64,000 nt of DNA from Sphaerodactylus townsendi (taxonomy: Eukaryota), in assembly GCF_021028975.2 (NCBI RefSeq), contig NC_059426.1:70370001-70434000 (forward strand), in the 5' to 3' direction. The notes under the pieces were generated by a model. The model was not told the origin of the DNA. It did not search any database and worked only from the letters and a program-made list of their open reading frames with translations. This document shows positions 38,123-51,639 of this stretch, piece by piece (within the stretch, counting starts at the first letter, position 1; each line of letters begins with the position of its first letter). The position numbers were made by a program, and so were the translations under genes.

Positions 38123-39529
38123 CTGCAAATAAGAAATGGTTGTGTGAGAAACACCACAATCTTTCATTCATTTTAAATTTTTTATTGAATACAGAAAAAA
38201 GAAAAATTAAAATAGCAAAAATAGTTCTGTCTTACAGAGTAGTTATTTAAAAAGAACATATTGCATAAGCCCTATATTCTTGTTGATTCTATATTCTATT
38301 TTCTTTATTGCCCTAAAGCCCCAGGAGCAATGGAGTTTTAGCGCGCTATGCTGACTTCCACTCATGTTGCTGATCCAGTCATATGCATGCCTGTCAGTTT
38401 CCACTGAAGGCTGACTAGATGGCAAAGCAAGAACTGTGATGTCTTCAACAATATGCATATGTTTGGCTCAGATTCCGGGCAAAATGAATACTAGTCAACT
38501 GGCTAAACCGAGGGATTGGGAGAACTGAACTCTGGCCTAAAAGGAGTCTTTTTTCCTGCAAATTCACTTAAAATGAGCAGCCACACGCAGACTCACATTT
38601 CATGAATACTGGCATTTATCAGTTCTGCTTCATAACTTCTCCCTTTTCTTATACTATCATTACCTATTCAACTGTTCTTGGTACATTAAAATAAATGGAT
38701 GTCTAATGCTGCAATCCTTTTCATTTTGAAACAAATCCTACCACAGATAAAACTAGTTCAAAGCAAACATTTTATTTTCTGATTTTTGCATAATCAGACT
38801 TGCCAGCATAACTACCACAGCAAAATAAGCATAAAATTACCAATAATTCATTTGAATATTCTAGGTTTCCTATCCTCTATCTAGATCAGTGGTCTCCCAG
38901 CTGTGTTCCAGGTGACCTTGAGGCTCCTCAAGAGGAAATCAGAAATATGAGACAAGCTTTTCTACCACTACCTACCTTCTTCGGCATTGAGAAGCTACAG
39001 GCAATTATTGGATATATTCAATGGTACACAGGTGACAATGGAGCAGCCCAACCTTCTAGGCTAGTGTCTTGCATAAATTAGATCCCAGAAGGTGCCAAAG
39101 GATGTAAGATTGTATGACAAATAGACATAGCAGGCAAATAGACATTCCAGCCAAGCAGTGTGGAAAGGTGCCCTTAAATGATCTTTCAAAACAATTGTCT
39201 TTATATTTTGCTCGCCAGTGATTAGCTCCAGTTCTATTCAGTTCTTTCTGCTTAGCTTTAGTGACTGTTTTTCTGCATAATTCTTTGTATTTCCTTAAAT
39301 TAAAAAAAAAGGTTGGTCACACAACTTCCACATGGAGGTTTACAGCTATGCTCCAGTAAGCACTAACATGAACTCTTCTCTATAACTGAAGTGTTTTTCT
39401 GACACACAGAGACTGAAAATGCCTCAGTTCAGTGCATAGACAAGATTTTAGAAGTATTATGCATTTTTCAAGCTGATAAAAGAATGGCTGTTTCCATGAG
39501 AAACAAATAGACAAGTCCTCCTAGTACTA

Positions 39530-39916
39530 CAACCAGGGGGGATTCATTGAAAATGCTGGGGGGAAGAATTAGGACTAATACAAGGAAACACTTCTAAACA
39601 CAACGTGTGATTGGTGTTTGGAATATGCTGCCACAGGAGGTGGTGATGGCCACTAACCTGGATAGCTTTAAAAAGGGCTTGGACAGATTTATGGAGGAGA
39701 AGTCGATCTATGGCTACCAATCTTGATCCTCCTTGATCTGAGATTGCAAATGCCTTAGCAGACCAGGTGCTCAGGAACAGCAGCAGCAGAAGGCCATTGC
39801 TTTCACATCCTGCACGTGAGCTCCCAAAGGCACCTGGTGGGCTACTGCGAGTAGCGGAGTGCTGGACTAGATGGACTCTGGTCTGATCCAGCTGGCTAGT
39901 TCTTATGTTCTTATGT
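39530..39916 (+). mobile_element. CR1 LINE 3' end, inserted only in upstream copy C
   Basis: (TTCTTATG)2 tail; near reverse complement of 46384-46770; empty site cctagcactattaggaaatcc in copies A and B. Confidence 0.88.
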
Positions 39917-40121
39917 GGAAATCCAAGTGTATTCAGATGACCCAGAAACATGCTTCATTCAGAGCAAACCATGAATACACATCTTTTGCTATCTCTGGAA
40001 CTAAAAAAGCAAAGCCTGTAAGAAGAAGCATTTGTGCTTGGGTCTAGTCTCTGGAGTATCTCAAATAATCAACCACCCCCAGGTGTACTACTGACTTCTA
40101 TTAATGATGAACTTAAGGGAA

Positions 40122-40750
40122 CGTTGCAGACAGGCCCTCAGGAACCAAAGCTAGTCCGGATAGAGTTCTTAGCAGGTTCAGTGATTTAATGAGTGCACAG
40201 AGCCTGGAACCAAGACAAGGCTAGAAACAGTGACCTGTAAACTGAACCACAACAGTTGCTACCACAAGCCAGCTCAACTGCAACCTCTCTTTTATAGACA
40301 GCCTCCCATTCACTACTGCAATTACATCTTGCAGCTGGGTCACTTTAGTCAGGCTCCTGCAAAAACTTTGCATCTAATCCAGCTTGCCCCATAGCTGCTA
40401 ACCTGCTGCTATATCTCCTTTGCTGTAAAATAGCACGCAGTCTCCTCCTGCATTGCCCCGGAGCTCTGGAGAAAGGAAGGGTGATGGGTCCCCTCTGGCA
40501 GGGTCCCCTCTGGCTTAGTATCAAGAGGCTGAAAAATCTCACAGCTGGACCCTGGGAGCTTGGACTTGGCTGTGGATCCCAGCCTGAATGCTCTGCCTGA
40601 GCCTCTGGATCTGGTCCTGCAGGAACTACTGACTGCTCAGGCTCTGCATTTACAGGCAGTGCCTGGGAATCTGGAACCGAAACTATCCCCTTTTCTCCAT
40701 CTGAGTCTTCCTCCCAGGGGTTCCCAGCCAGACCAGACTGAGCCCCAACA
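40122..40750 (-). mobile_element. Solo LTR (Gypsy-like), about 630 bp, inserted only in upstream copy C
   Basis: Termini (C)GTTG...CAACA; minus-strand TATAAAA at 40290-40296 and ATTAAA at 40185-40190; empty site gaactgaggacaaagcagtc in copies A and B; TSD degenerate. Confidence 0.75.
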
Positions 40751-41730
40751 GACAATAGCAGTCAACTTAAAATCCTCAGAGTAGTTAAAATAATTAATAT
40801 AATGCACAAAGATGCAACTGGGTGGTTTTCACATATTGAAATTCAAAATACAGAGTGTGTGTGTGTGAGCGCGCGCGCGCGCGCGTGTGTGCCCAAAGCA
40901 CACTTCAATAAAAATCAGTCTGTGACAGTAACATTGTCATCTTTATGTATTACATTTGCCCTAGATTACACCCCATCAACAGGTAACAATAAACAGCTTA
41001 TTTGCAAATACAGGCACCTTATAGCAGATTTACCTGGATGCTCCATTCATTTCAAAATAGGTAGAGACATTCTAGAAACTTTAGACAGAAATTCCTCAGG
41101 TCAGATTTCTTGCTTATTCAATCTATTAGGTACTAGACTTATGGGCATTTCCATTGTGGTCATTGTGCTGCAGTCTTTCAATGAAAATTAAGGAATTTAT
41201 CCATCCTACCAAAATTTTGCATGGAAACTGCAACATTTCAGTACCTGTCAGACTAAAAAGTATATTTATGTTTTTCAACGCACATGCAATTATCCTTATA
41301 TTGGAATGTCAACCCAAAGTGTGCTGTAAGAATAATTCAGCACCAATCAAAGATCAAACGATTGTTATACGTTTTATTGGGGGGGGGGGGAATTATTGGA
41401 AAATGATTTTACATTCTGTGTGCTGTATACGTTTAAATCACCTTTAAATCACACCCATATAACTGAGTGGATGTTAAAAGACTTTTATTACAAACAAGGT
41501 AAATTGATTTTTAGATTTAAAAAGTGCCTTCTTGTGATTCACCTGGTTTTTAGGACATAAAAAGAACAATATTGTTTGTGTGTCCTGAAGCTTCATGATT
41601 CAATATTGAAATAAAAAGGAGAGACAGTTATCGGGTATCCTCAGACCTCTCCTGTTGGCATTGGAGAAGGAGGGGGGTCACCAAGATGGGGTGCCATGTA
41701 GTGGCTTCTTGTGCCACTAACATGTCCCCT

Positions 41731-42060
41731 CAACAGCAACAGCAAGGAGGAGGAGGAGGAGGAGGAGGAGGAGGAGGAGGAGGAGGAGGAGTCTGGATTT
41801 ATATCCCAACTTTCTCCCCTGTAAGGAGACTCAAGGTGGCTCCTTTTCCTTTCTCCTCCCTACAACAGACACTTGTGAGGTAGGTGGGGCTGAGAGAGTT
41901 CCAAAGAACTGTGACTAGCCCAAGGTCACCCAGCAGAAATGTAGGAGTGCGGAAACACATCTGGTTAGCCTCTGCCACTCAGGTGGAGGAGTGGGGAATC
42001 AAACCCAGTTCTCCAGATTAGAATCCACCTGCTCTTAACCACCACACCATGCTGGCTCTC
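41731..42060 (-). mobile_element. Squam3-like SINE with expanded (CCT)n tail
   Basis: (GGA)n on the plus strand, then tggatttatatccc...cttaaccaccacaccatgctggctctc. Confidence 0.85.
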
Positions 42061-45000
42061 AACTAACCATTCCTGACATCCTTCTTGACAGCAGTCAGCC
42101 CATCCAGGTGCCCATCCAGCACCCTGTTAGGACTTGGAACTGGAGACAATAAGCAGACTCATGATAGTCAATCAGAAGTATTTATTGATCCCAGCAGAGT
42201 ACCTGGCTTTTGCAAAGCCAGCTCTGCTGGGCCATGGAAGTACAGTAACTTTTATCCACTCTGGGTTCCCGCCGAGAATTTCCCCTCCCGAATACACATG
42301 GAATTCTCAGGGACTGTGAGAACAATAAACCAGACAGCAGTTTTGGGAGGAAAGCATTCCACGGACAGCCCCCACTAGTCTCCCCAGCAGGGGAGGCACC
42401 AGGGGTGCTTCCACTACAGTTACTGGCATCATAGGGAAAGCAAAGGGAAAGATCCATTAGCCCAACCAAAGGTGAGGACAACCGCCTTTTCCACCCCAGG
42501 TGTGAAATCCTGGCTCAGCCGGATCCCTTTGATGGCAGAGGACATCCTGACACACTCACTGTCACTGATGCTCCCAACCCTTCCATGCTCGGGTGATCCC
42601 TGGAAAAAGCACCCACCATTCCAGCCACTCCTGCTTGACCACCACCCCATGGAAGGGGCTGGGTTGAGTTGATCTGGTCATGGGTCCCATGACTGGGGCC
42701 CAGATATGGTGCCAGAGTCCCTTACATCACTAGGAGCACCAGCAGCCACACCACCCAGCTTCAGAGGCTGCTGTCCACCTCTTCCATCTCCATCCTTCTC
42801 ATTTCCTGCTGCCCCCCTACTCCACCAAAGCTGCCCCCCTACTCTTCCAAAGACATTGAGTCCATTCATTGCTGCTCCCAGGGAGTCCAGTATCCACAGG
42901 ATGACAGACATGGCTCCTGCTGTTTATCTCATGGGGGTCAAGACATTGAGGCAGTCTATGACATCAGCTGTGAACATCAGGCAGAAGAGTCCTGGGGTGG
43001 AAGGCTCTAGGGCCACCACCCAGGCTGACAGTCATGTCACCTCTCTCTCCCCCAGGCTCAGCAACCTGGGTGCTCTGATCTACCTCCCCATTGCTGAAAT
43101 CTATCTCCTCCTGGCTCAGCACAAGGAGATGAAGGTCTGGGTTGTAGGTCTCCAGGGTCTCAGACAAGTATCCTGCGAGGGAGATGAAGTGTTCCGTCAC
43201 CACCCTTGGGTATTTCTGTTGACAGCCTCATGATGGTGTCCCCATTTTGAGAGTCACCTGCTGGCAGAAGGGTAAATGTCAGCTAGTGTCAGGGGGTTGG
43301 GAAAGGTGGCAGCAGCAGAGGGAGTGATTCTGCCTTGCAGGAATGATGGTATGGCAGGTCCCACCACACTCACCTCACAACATCTCAGTCTATAGTTGCC
43401 TGCTACCATGGGTGGCATTAATGCTCACACAGTAACCTCAACTCCAGGCAGCCACTCCACCACTGCCCATTTTTAAGGGACACCCTGAGCCATGACAGCA
43501 TACGCATGTTTCTGCATAGAGCTGAATGAATCATTCTAACACTTCAGGTTCACCAACTCCATCCATATGGCATGTCCCAGGGCAAGTCCCACTCCACCAC
43601 CAGGCACCAGAAGGCACAGTGTGGTGTGGTGGCTAAGGTGGTCCTGGTGGTCACAAGGGCTATGCTTGTATGTGACATCACCAAGTTACACAGCAGGGTC
43701 TTCTCAACCTCTATCCAGTAAAGCTGGTGGTGGCAGCTGTTGCTGCAAGATGTTGGCATAGGCATGACCACACCAGGGGGATGCAGAGGCTTGGGAAGGC
43801 ATGGTTGTCCGACCCCACCTCTCTCTGTTCCCATGCTGGACACTGGGCATCAGGGGAAAGCCATGCAGATAGGGCAGTCATCCATAGTGAAAGGGGGTTG
43901 GTAAAGGCAGGGTGTGAGGGAGGCTGGGCTCTGGGGACCCAAACTCCTTTGACCATTTAGAAAACAATGTCCTCTTTCCATAGGCCCATCCAGGCTGTCT
44001 TTGGATGGTATTTCCTTCTGTCTCTCTTGCTTCACCACCCAGAGCCCTTCACCACTCAGAGCCCTTTGGGGATTGGGCGGTATACCAAATCCATTAAATA
44101 AATAAAAAATAGATGGGTTGCTCATCCATCTACTACCCGAGAAGTATGTTTGGGTGGTACTGCAACAGCAGAGAAGGCACCATGCTCAGTGATACTATGC
44201 ACACATCAGAGCACTGATAGTCAATCCACTGGTCCACTCATCCTCCCGTGGGATATTGCGGGATTAGTCAGCAACTTGTAAAGACCCACGCAGGAATTTT
44301 TTTTTTTTTTTTGGGGGGGGGGGTCCCAAAATGGTTGTTGGGAAGACTTTTTTCACCTGCTTCACAATGTCACTAAAAGGAGGTGTTAAAATTAAGTCTG
44401 TTCCCTGAACTAACAGACAGGAACAAAGTAGGTTGCTTGTAATAGATAGGGATAATTAAGAAGCATCTTGAGTAATCTGATGGAGGGTCATGTCCTGAAT
44501 AGTCCATCACATGCTTTATGGCTGGGTGGGTTGGGATGCAGCAACCTCAGCTGAGCAGCATTGTTCCAAACTTCTTTCCCTACTTTGCAAAAAAATCTCA
44601 TGGCATATTTTAGAAGGATATGGAATTCATGGAGGCACTTGCCAGGCCTGTTTGGCTACACCAGGACTGCAGAGAGCCACTGCAGATCCAGATCCCACCC
44701 AAACTTCATATGAAACAAGTCACATGACTTGCCCAGCCACATGAGCCTCCAGAGTTGATGAGGGCTCCATTTTCTGCATTTACTGATCTTCCTACCCCCA
44801 ACAAGTATTCCGGGATCCTAGGCAACCTCAGAATGCCAATATGGAAACAAACCACTGGACCACCAACTTTTTGGCAGCCGTGACAAAAGCATAGCTTTCA
44901 AATTAGTCTGTTTTTACATGAGGCTGTCCTTTCCTCCAGGAGATCTGGGGAGGGGACGCCATCATCTCATTAGCAATCCTTTTCGCATTTTTTAAAGAAG

Positions 45001-45813
45001 AAACAGTCTCGTTCATTCTCACTCAGTTCCTTTAGTGCCCTCCTTCCACTCCTTGTTTACTTATTATTTGAGTTGTTACAACTTCTCTTCCTCATTTGTG
45101 CTGCTGACATCAAATAATCCTCAGAGAGCTGGTCCCAAAATCCCAGATTCTCAGTATAAGGATCACTCTCTGTGTGATGAAACTCAATAAGCAATAGGGC
45201 GATCTCAAACATCAGAAAATGAACAAGGCTAGAACAAAGTATACAGAAAGCAATGAAAGGAAAGCAGGATTTCCATAAAAGAAAAATATATATACTCAGT
45301 ACCCAGGTACTGATACTGAGAAACATAGCCCTCAAGTGAAATAACAAGAAGCAGAAAAGGACCCAAACTGTGAGGCCAGTGGTAAGTATTAAGCCTTTGA
45401 TCCTGGCTCTGAAGTAACAATCTAAATTAGAAATGTATAAAACTAATCATTTTCATTTAGCAAAACATTATAAAAGAGCAATTTTACTTTATTCGTAGGA
45501 TCATGTGTTGTATATAATTGAATAAAAATTTAGCACATATTATGCTGAGTAAAATTTTACCATATATTAAAGGTAGGCTTATGATTGCATGAATGTTAAG
45601 TGCCATCAAGTAGCTTCTGACTTATGGTAACGGTATGAATGAATGACCTCCAAAATACTCTGTCATTTACAGCCTTGTTCAGGCCTTGCAAACTGAGGGC
45701 CATAGTTTCCTTTATAGAGTCAATGCATCTCATGTTGGATCTTTCTCTTCTCCTGTTCTCTTCGACTTTTCTTAGCATTATTATCTTTTCCAGTGACTTT
45801 TGTCTTCTCACAA

Positions 45814-46264
45814 CTGACAATCTAGAATGTGTCCAGAGAAGGGTAACCAAAATGGTAAAAGATCTGGATTCCATGCCCTATGAGGAGCAGCTAGGTATGT
45901 TCAGTCTGGAGAAGAGAAGGTTATGGGGTGACATGTTAGCCATGTTTAAATATTTGAAGGGATGTCATGTTGAAGATGAAGCAAGCTTGTTTTCTGCTGT
46001 TTCAGAGTCTAGGACATGGAGTAATGGATTCAAGGTGCAGGAAAAGAGATTCCACCTAAACATTAGAAAGAACTTCCTGATAGTAAGGGCTGTTCGACAG
46101 TGGAATATGTTGCCTCAGAAGGTGATGGAGTCTCCTTTGGAGGTTTTTAAACAGAGGCTGGATGACCATCTGTCAGTAGTGTTTGATTGTGTGTCCCTGT
46201 ATGGCAGGGGGTTGGATTGAATGTCCCTTGTGGTCTCTTCCAACTCTACTATTCTATTATTCTA
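45814..46264 (+). mobile_element. CR1 3' fragment nested in BovB
   Basis: LECVQRRVTKMVK, LGMFSLEKRRL; tail ccaactctactattctattattct. Confidence 0.88.
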
Positions 46265-46383
46265 CAATGTGACCAAAATACAATAGCCTCAGTTCAGTCA
46301 TTTTAGCTTCTATGGAGAGTTCAGACTTGAATTGATCTAGAACCCACTGATTTATCTTTCTGGTGGTCCACAGTATCTCTCCT

Positions 46384-47853
46384 CATAAGAACATAAGAAA
46401 GAGCCTGCTGGATCAGACCAGAGTCCATCTAGTCCAGCACTCTACTACTCACAGTGGCCCACCAGATGCCTTTGGGAGCTCACATGCAGGATGTGAAAGC
46501 AATGGCCTTCTGCTGCTGCTGCTCCCGAGCACCTGACCTGCTAAGGCATTTGCAATCTCAGATCAAGGAGGATCAAGATTGGTAGCCATAGATCGACTTC
46601 TCCTCCATAAATCTGTCCAAGCCCCTTTTAAAGCTATCCAGGTTAGTGGCCATCACCACCTCCTGTGGCAGCATATTCCAAAGAACCAATCACACGTTGC
46701 GTGAAGAAATGTTTCCTTGTATTAGTCCTAATTCTTCCCTCCAGCATTTTCAACGAATGCCCCCTGGTTCTAGTATTGTGAGAAAGAGAGAAAAATTTCT
46801 CTCTGTTGACATTTTCTACCCCATGCATAATTGCATAGACTTCAATCATATCCCCCCTCAGACATCTCCTCTCCAAACTAAAGAGTCCCAAACACTGCAG
46901 CCTCTCCTCATAGGGAAGGTGCTCCAGTCCCTCAATCATCCTCGTTGCCCTTCTCTGCACTTTTTCTATCTCTTCAATATCCTTTTTGAGATGTGGCGAC
47001 CAGAACTGAACACAGTACTCCAAGTGCAGTCGCACCACTGCTTTGCAGTTTTATTCTCAATTCCTTTCCTAATTATCCCCAGCATAGAGTTTGCCTTTTT
47101 CACAGCTGCCATGCATTGAGTTGACATTCCCATGGAATTATCAACTAAGATGCCCAAATCCCTTTCCTGGTCTATGACTGATAGCACTGACCCTTGTGGC
47201 GTGTGTGTGAAGTTTGGATTTTTTGCCCCTATGTGCATCACTTTGCATTTTGCTACATTGAACTGCATTTGCCACTTCTTAGCCCACTCACCTAATTGAT
47301 CAAGGTCCGCTTGGAGCTCTTCGCAATCCTTTGTAGTTCTCACCACCCTACATAATTTGGTATCATCTGCAAACTTGGCCACCATGCTACCCACTCCTAC
47401 TTCCAGGTCATTTATGAATAGGTTAAAGAGCACTGGTCCCAAAACGGATCCTTGGGGACACCACTCCCTACATCTCTCCATTGTGAGAACTTCCCATTTA
47501 CACCCACCCTTTGCTTCCTGTTTCTCAACCATAGGACTTCCCATCTTATTCCTTCATTGCTGAGTTTTCTCAAAAATCTCTGGTGAGGAACTTTGTCAAA
47601 AGCCTTTTGGAAATCCAAGTAGACAATGTCCACTGGTTGCTCCTTATCCACATGCCTGTTTACACCCTCAAAGAACTCTAGTAAGTTTGTAAGGCAGGAC
47701 TTGCCCCTTCAAAAGCCATGCTGATTCTTCTTCAGCAGGTCCTGCTTTTCTACATGTTTAATAATTTTATCTTTAATGATAGATTCTACTAATTTACCAG
47801 GAACAGATGTCAAACTGACTGGCCTGTAATTTCCTGGGTCCCCCCTAGATCCT
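46384..47853 (-). mobile_element. CR1 LINE 3' 1.5 kb nested in BovB
   Basis: YLDFQKAFDKVPH, PQGSVLGPVLF, KFADDTKL, HLEYCVQFWSP; (CATAAGAA)2 tail. Confidence 0.92.
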
Positions 47854-49919
47854 CCAACACCACATTTCAAAGGAATCTTCTTTTTTCCACTCAGCTTGCT
47901 TCATTGTTCAACTTTCACATCCATACATAGTAATGGGGAATAGTATAATATGAATTGACTTGAATTTTGGTTGTCACTAAAACATCCTTACACATAAGAA
48001 TCTCTTCTAGCTCCTTCCCTGTTGCCCTTCCCAGTCTCAATCCACTTCTGATTTCTTGGTTGCAGTCTCCTTTTTGATTGCAAATGCAGCCAAGGAATAG
48101 AAATATTGAACAATTTCCATTTCTTCATTGTCAACTTTAAGGTTGTGTAATTCCCATTACTTTACTTTAGTCCTGTAGTCCTGCTTTAACCTTCATCAAC
48201 AGTCATTTCAAGTCTTCACAATTGTCTGCCAGTAATTTGGTGTCATCTACATATCTGAAATTATTAATGTTCTTTCCACCAATGTTTCTTCCACCTTCAT
48301 CTAAATCTAATCCAGATTTCTTTATGATAAGTTCTGAATGCAGATTGAAGAAAGAGGGACATACACATCTTTGTCTGACACCTTTGCCAGTTGGAAACCA
48401 TTCTTTCTCAGTATTCTGTCGGAACAGCAGCCTTTTGTTCAAAGTACAAGTTGTGCATCAAAACAGTAACATGCTGTGGCACACCCACTTCTTTTAAAAC
48501 CAGCTCTGGCTTTTCATGGTCAATACAGGTAAATGCTTGTTTTGTTTTTCATATTTGTTGGCATATTCTTGAGAAGATTTTGATGGACTTTGTTTCTGTA
48601 GCTTGTAGTAGCTCAAATCAATATTTTGGATTTGTCTTGGAAGGAATCTGCCATCCCTTCATCTCTTCTGTATAGTTCTTCGGTGTATCATTCCCATCTT
48701 TATTTTGTCCTGCTCAGTTAGTGTCTTTCCACGTTCTTTTTTCAGCATGCTTTAAATTTCTTTTTAATTTATTGGATCTTGTGAAACAGATTTCTTGTTT
48801 TTTCCTTTACCCTGATTTCTGTAATAGTTCTCTTTTCATCTATGTGCTAGTCGCTGGAATGCTGGAATACCCTGATACTGAATATTATTGCCTTTAAATT
48901 TCTCAACAAGAATGACAGGATTTTTCCTTGTGATCCAGCCAAAACTGAGCTCATTGAAATCCACTGTATATCAGAGCAAAAACAAAAACTTTCTTCTATG
49001 GCAATCAGGGGGACCTTAAAATGGTTGACAGGATAATACCTTAATATTTTAATCGTTCAGTCAAAACACAAACCTGAAAGAGTTTATAACTGTAAAAAGT
49101 ACAATTAAAATCAAAACTCATTAAAATTGCATTACAATTATTTCTGTCATCTCTTTCTGTTCTCTACTGTCACATCATTTGTAATTGTACATATAAGCCA
49201 TTTTATCTTTTAATACATCTATTATAAATGTTTTGTTTTGAAATTTTATCACATGCAGGGGTCTCCTAAGAGGCAACATATGGTCCATGTTTTCATAGCC
49301 TGTGAGTATCAATAAGTATAAATTGTATGTATGAAAGTGAAATAAATGGGCAAAGGCCTACAGATTTACTTAGCCATATTTCATGCTTGTATGCATTGCA
49401 TCTGATTATATAAATGACAGGTTGGCCCTCAAATAATAGTCATTCTTAGTTTAGATCCAAGAGTAACAGCTCAAACAAACAGGAGCAAATTCATACATTC
49501 TAGCCATAAAATGTTGAGCTCCCACTTCATTATTAGCATTTTAAAGAAAAAAAGCAAATTTCTAACAGTGCCATCCTAGACAGAGTTATATATCTCAACA
49601 TCAATTGACTTCTGTGGATATAGAAGGGTATAATGATACTTAGGAAAACAATGTTAAGGATACATCTTTCCGCCTTTAAAATAATAATAGCAGAGCAGGG
49701 GGTCTGGTTTCGGATAGCAAAACTGAAAAAAACCTAAAGTTTTTCCTGAGACAACTCATGCTCAAAACTTTTATTTTAAGGACAGAACAAGATAGGTGAT
49801 TAATGAGCTTTATGTTGTCTGGTTGAGACTTAAGATATCACAGACTTTGAAGAATTTACAGGAATCATTCTTACATTCAGTTTCCCTCCTTTGTTCTGTA
49901 GGATTTTTGCTCTACTACA

Positions 49920-50864
49920 ATGGCCCAGTGGAATCAAACCACAGTGTCAGAGTTTATTCTTGCAGGATTCACAGATGATCCACTGCTTCAGATTTTCCTT
50001 TTCATTGTGTTTCTAGCAATCTATGTAATCACTCTGCTGGGAAATATTGGGATGATTGCACTGATTCATCTTGATAGCCATCTTCAAACACCCATGTACT
50101 TTTTCCTCAGCAACCTGTCCTTCTCAGACCTCTGTTATTCCACTGTAATTGTCCCTAATACACTGGTAAATTTCTTGACCAAAAAGAAATCCATTTCATT
50201 CATTGGCTGTGCCACCCAATTCTATTTCTATGCAGTGTTTGCCAGTGTAGAGTGTCTCTTACTGGCTGCCATGGCTTATGACCGTTATGTTGCCATCTGC
50301 AACCCTCTGTTATATTCAGTGCTCATGTCCAGGAAAGTTTGTATTTGGCTAGTACTGGCTTCATATCTGGTAGGGTGTATAAATGGAATGATACACACAA
50401 ACACAACCTTCTGCCTTCCTTTCTGCACCTCCAACATCATTGATCACTTCTTTTGTGACGTGCCATTCATACTGAAGCTTGCCTGCTCTGATACAACACT
50501 CAACCACATTCTGCTTTTCGTGATCTCCTCATTGATAGGTCTCTGTTCATTTCTTATCATCCTGATCTCTTATGTCTATATCCTTATCACCATCCAGAAG
50601 ATCACCTCATCTGAGGGGAGAAGGAAGACCTTCTCCACCTGTGCCTCCCACCTGATGGCTGTCTCTTTGTTCTATACCACAATCCTTTTCATCTATCTAA
50701 AGCCCAACTCGAGCTACTCTGCAAGGCAAGACCAAATTGCTGCTGTCTTTTATACAGTGGTGATCCCCATGGTGAACCCTCTGATCTACAGCCTGAGAAA
50801 CAAGGAAGTGAAGGATGCCCTGAAAAGAATAGTAAAGAGGAAAGGGGTGTCCATTGGGGCATAA
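49920..50864 (+). CDS. Olfactory receptor, OR5/8/9-like, intact, 314 aa
   Basis: NQT site, [45 protein letters not shown]; splice acceptor tttgttctgtag at about 49901. Confidence 0.97.
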   Translation: MAQWNQTTVSEFILAGFTDDPLLQIFLFIVFLAIYVITLLGNIGMIALIHLDSHLQTPMYFFLSNLSFSDLCYSTVIVPNTLVNFLTKKKSISFIGCATQFYFYAVFASVECLLLAAMAYDRYVAICNPLLYSVLMSRKVCIWLVLASYLVGCINGMIHTNTTFCLPFCTSNIIDHFFCDVPFILKLACSDTTLNHILLFVISSLIGLCSFLIILISYVYILITIQKITSSEGRRKTFSTCASHLMAVSLFYTTILFIYLKPNSSYSARQDQIAAVFYTVVIPMVNPLIYSLRNKEVKDALKRIVKRKGVSIGA

Positions 50865-51639
50865 ATTGTTTACTTCATGCAATAAGGATTTACTCATATC
50901 TATAATTATAGCTTGTACAATTCATTTAATTCTTAAAATGGGTAAAAATAACATATATGGACTTGGCAATGGGCAACAGCTCTTGACATGTCTTTGAAAA
51001 GAAATAGCAAGTATTGGTATTTCACTTTAATGTAAGAAATGCATATCTCACCCTTCCAAGAGTAGCTTGACAACATTATCAAAAAGCAAACTATTGTACA
51101 AAATCTAGCTACAGCTACCAAGGTCAAAACATTTATGAACTTTCCAACATTAATTAGAACAGCATAACATAATAAAAAGCAACAGAATGAAGAGAGCATT
51201 ATCCCAAAAGTATAATTTTGCAAGCTCTTCCAAAGGACAGCAGAAGGGGAGCTAGAGTATGCTGCAAGAAAAGAGTGATAAAAAGGTCTAAAATTGTAGT
51301 GGAAGGCAGATAAGTGAGGAGAATGAAAGGGATGGTCGCCAGTGGGAGTTTCCTCTATTCCTGGCCATGAACTGTGGCATAAGATCACAAACTGGCATTA
51401 GAATACAGTACAGCCCAGCCAGTGATAACCAAACACAATGGTAACAGAATAGGGGTACTACGGAAAATATTTTTATGGGCTTCATCACTATCATCAAATT
51501 GGCCAGTAAATTACAACATACCAGATCCCACAAAGACATGCAGGATTGCTCATAAAGTATTCTGCCAGGCTACTTACCTCTGGTTAAGTTGCACAAGAGC
51601 AGCTTGTAGGACACAGGATACAATCCTCAAATGCTTTGA

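Larger units (their letters stand above)
45595..48860 (-). mobile_element. RTE-BovB LINE, decayed, hosting two CR1 insertions
   Basis: EWFPTGKGVRQ, INNFRYVDDT, SLEKIIML..VE..RRR.R; BovB-type 3' end ...cttgatggcacttaaca. Confidence 0.85.
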
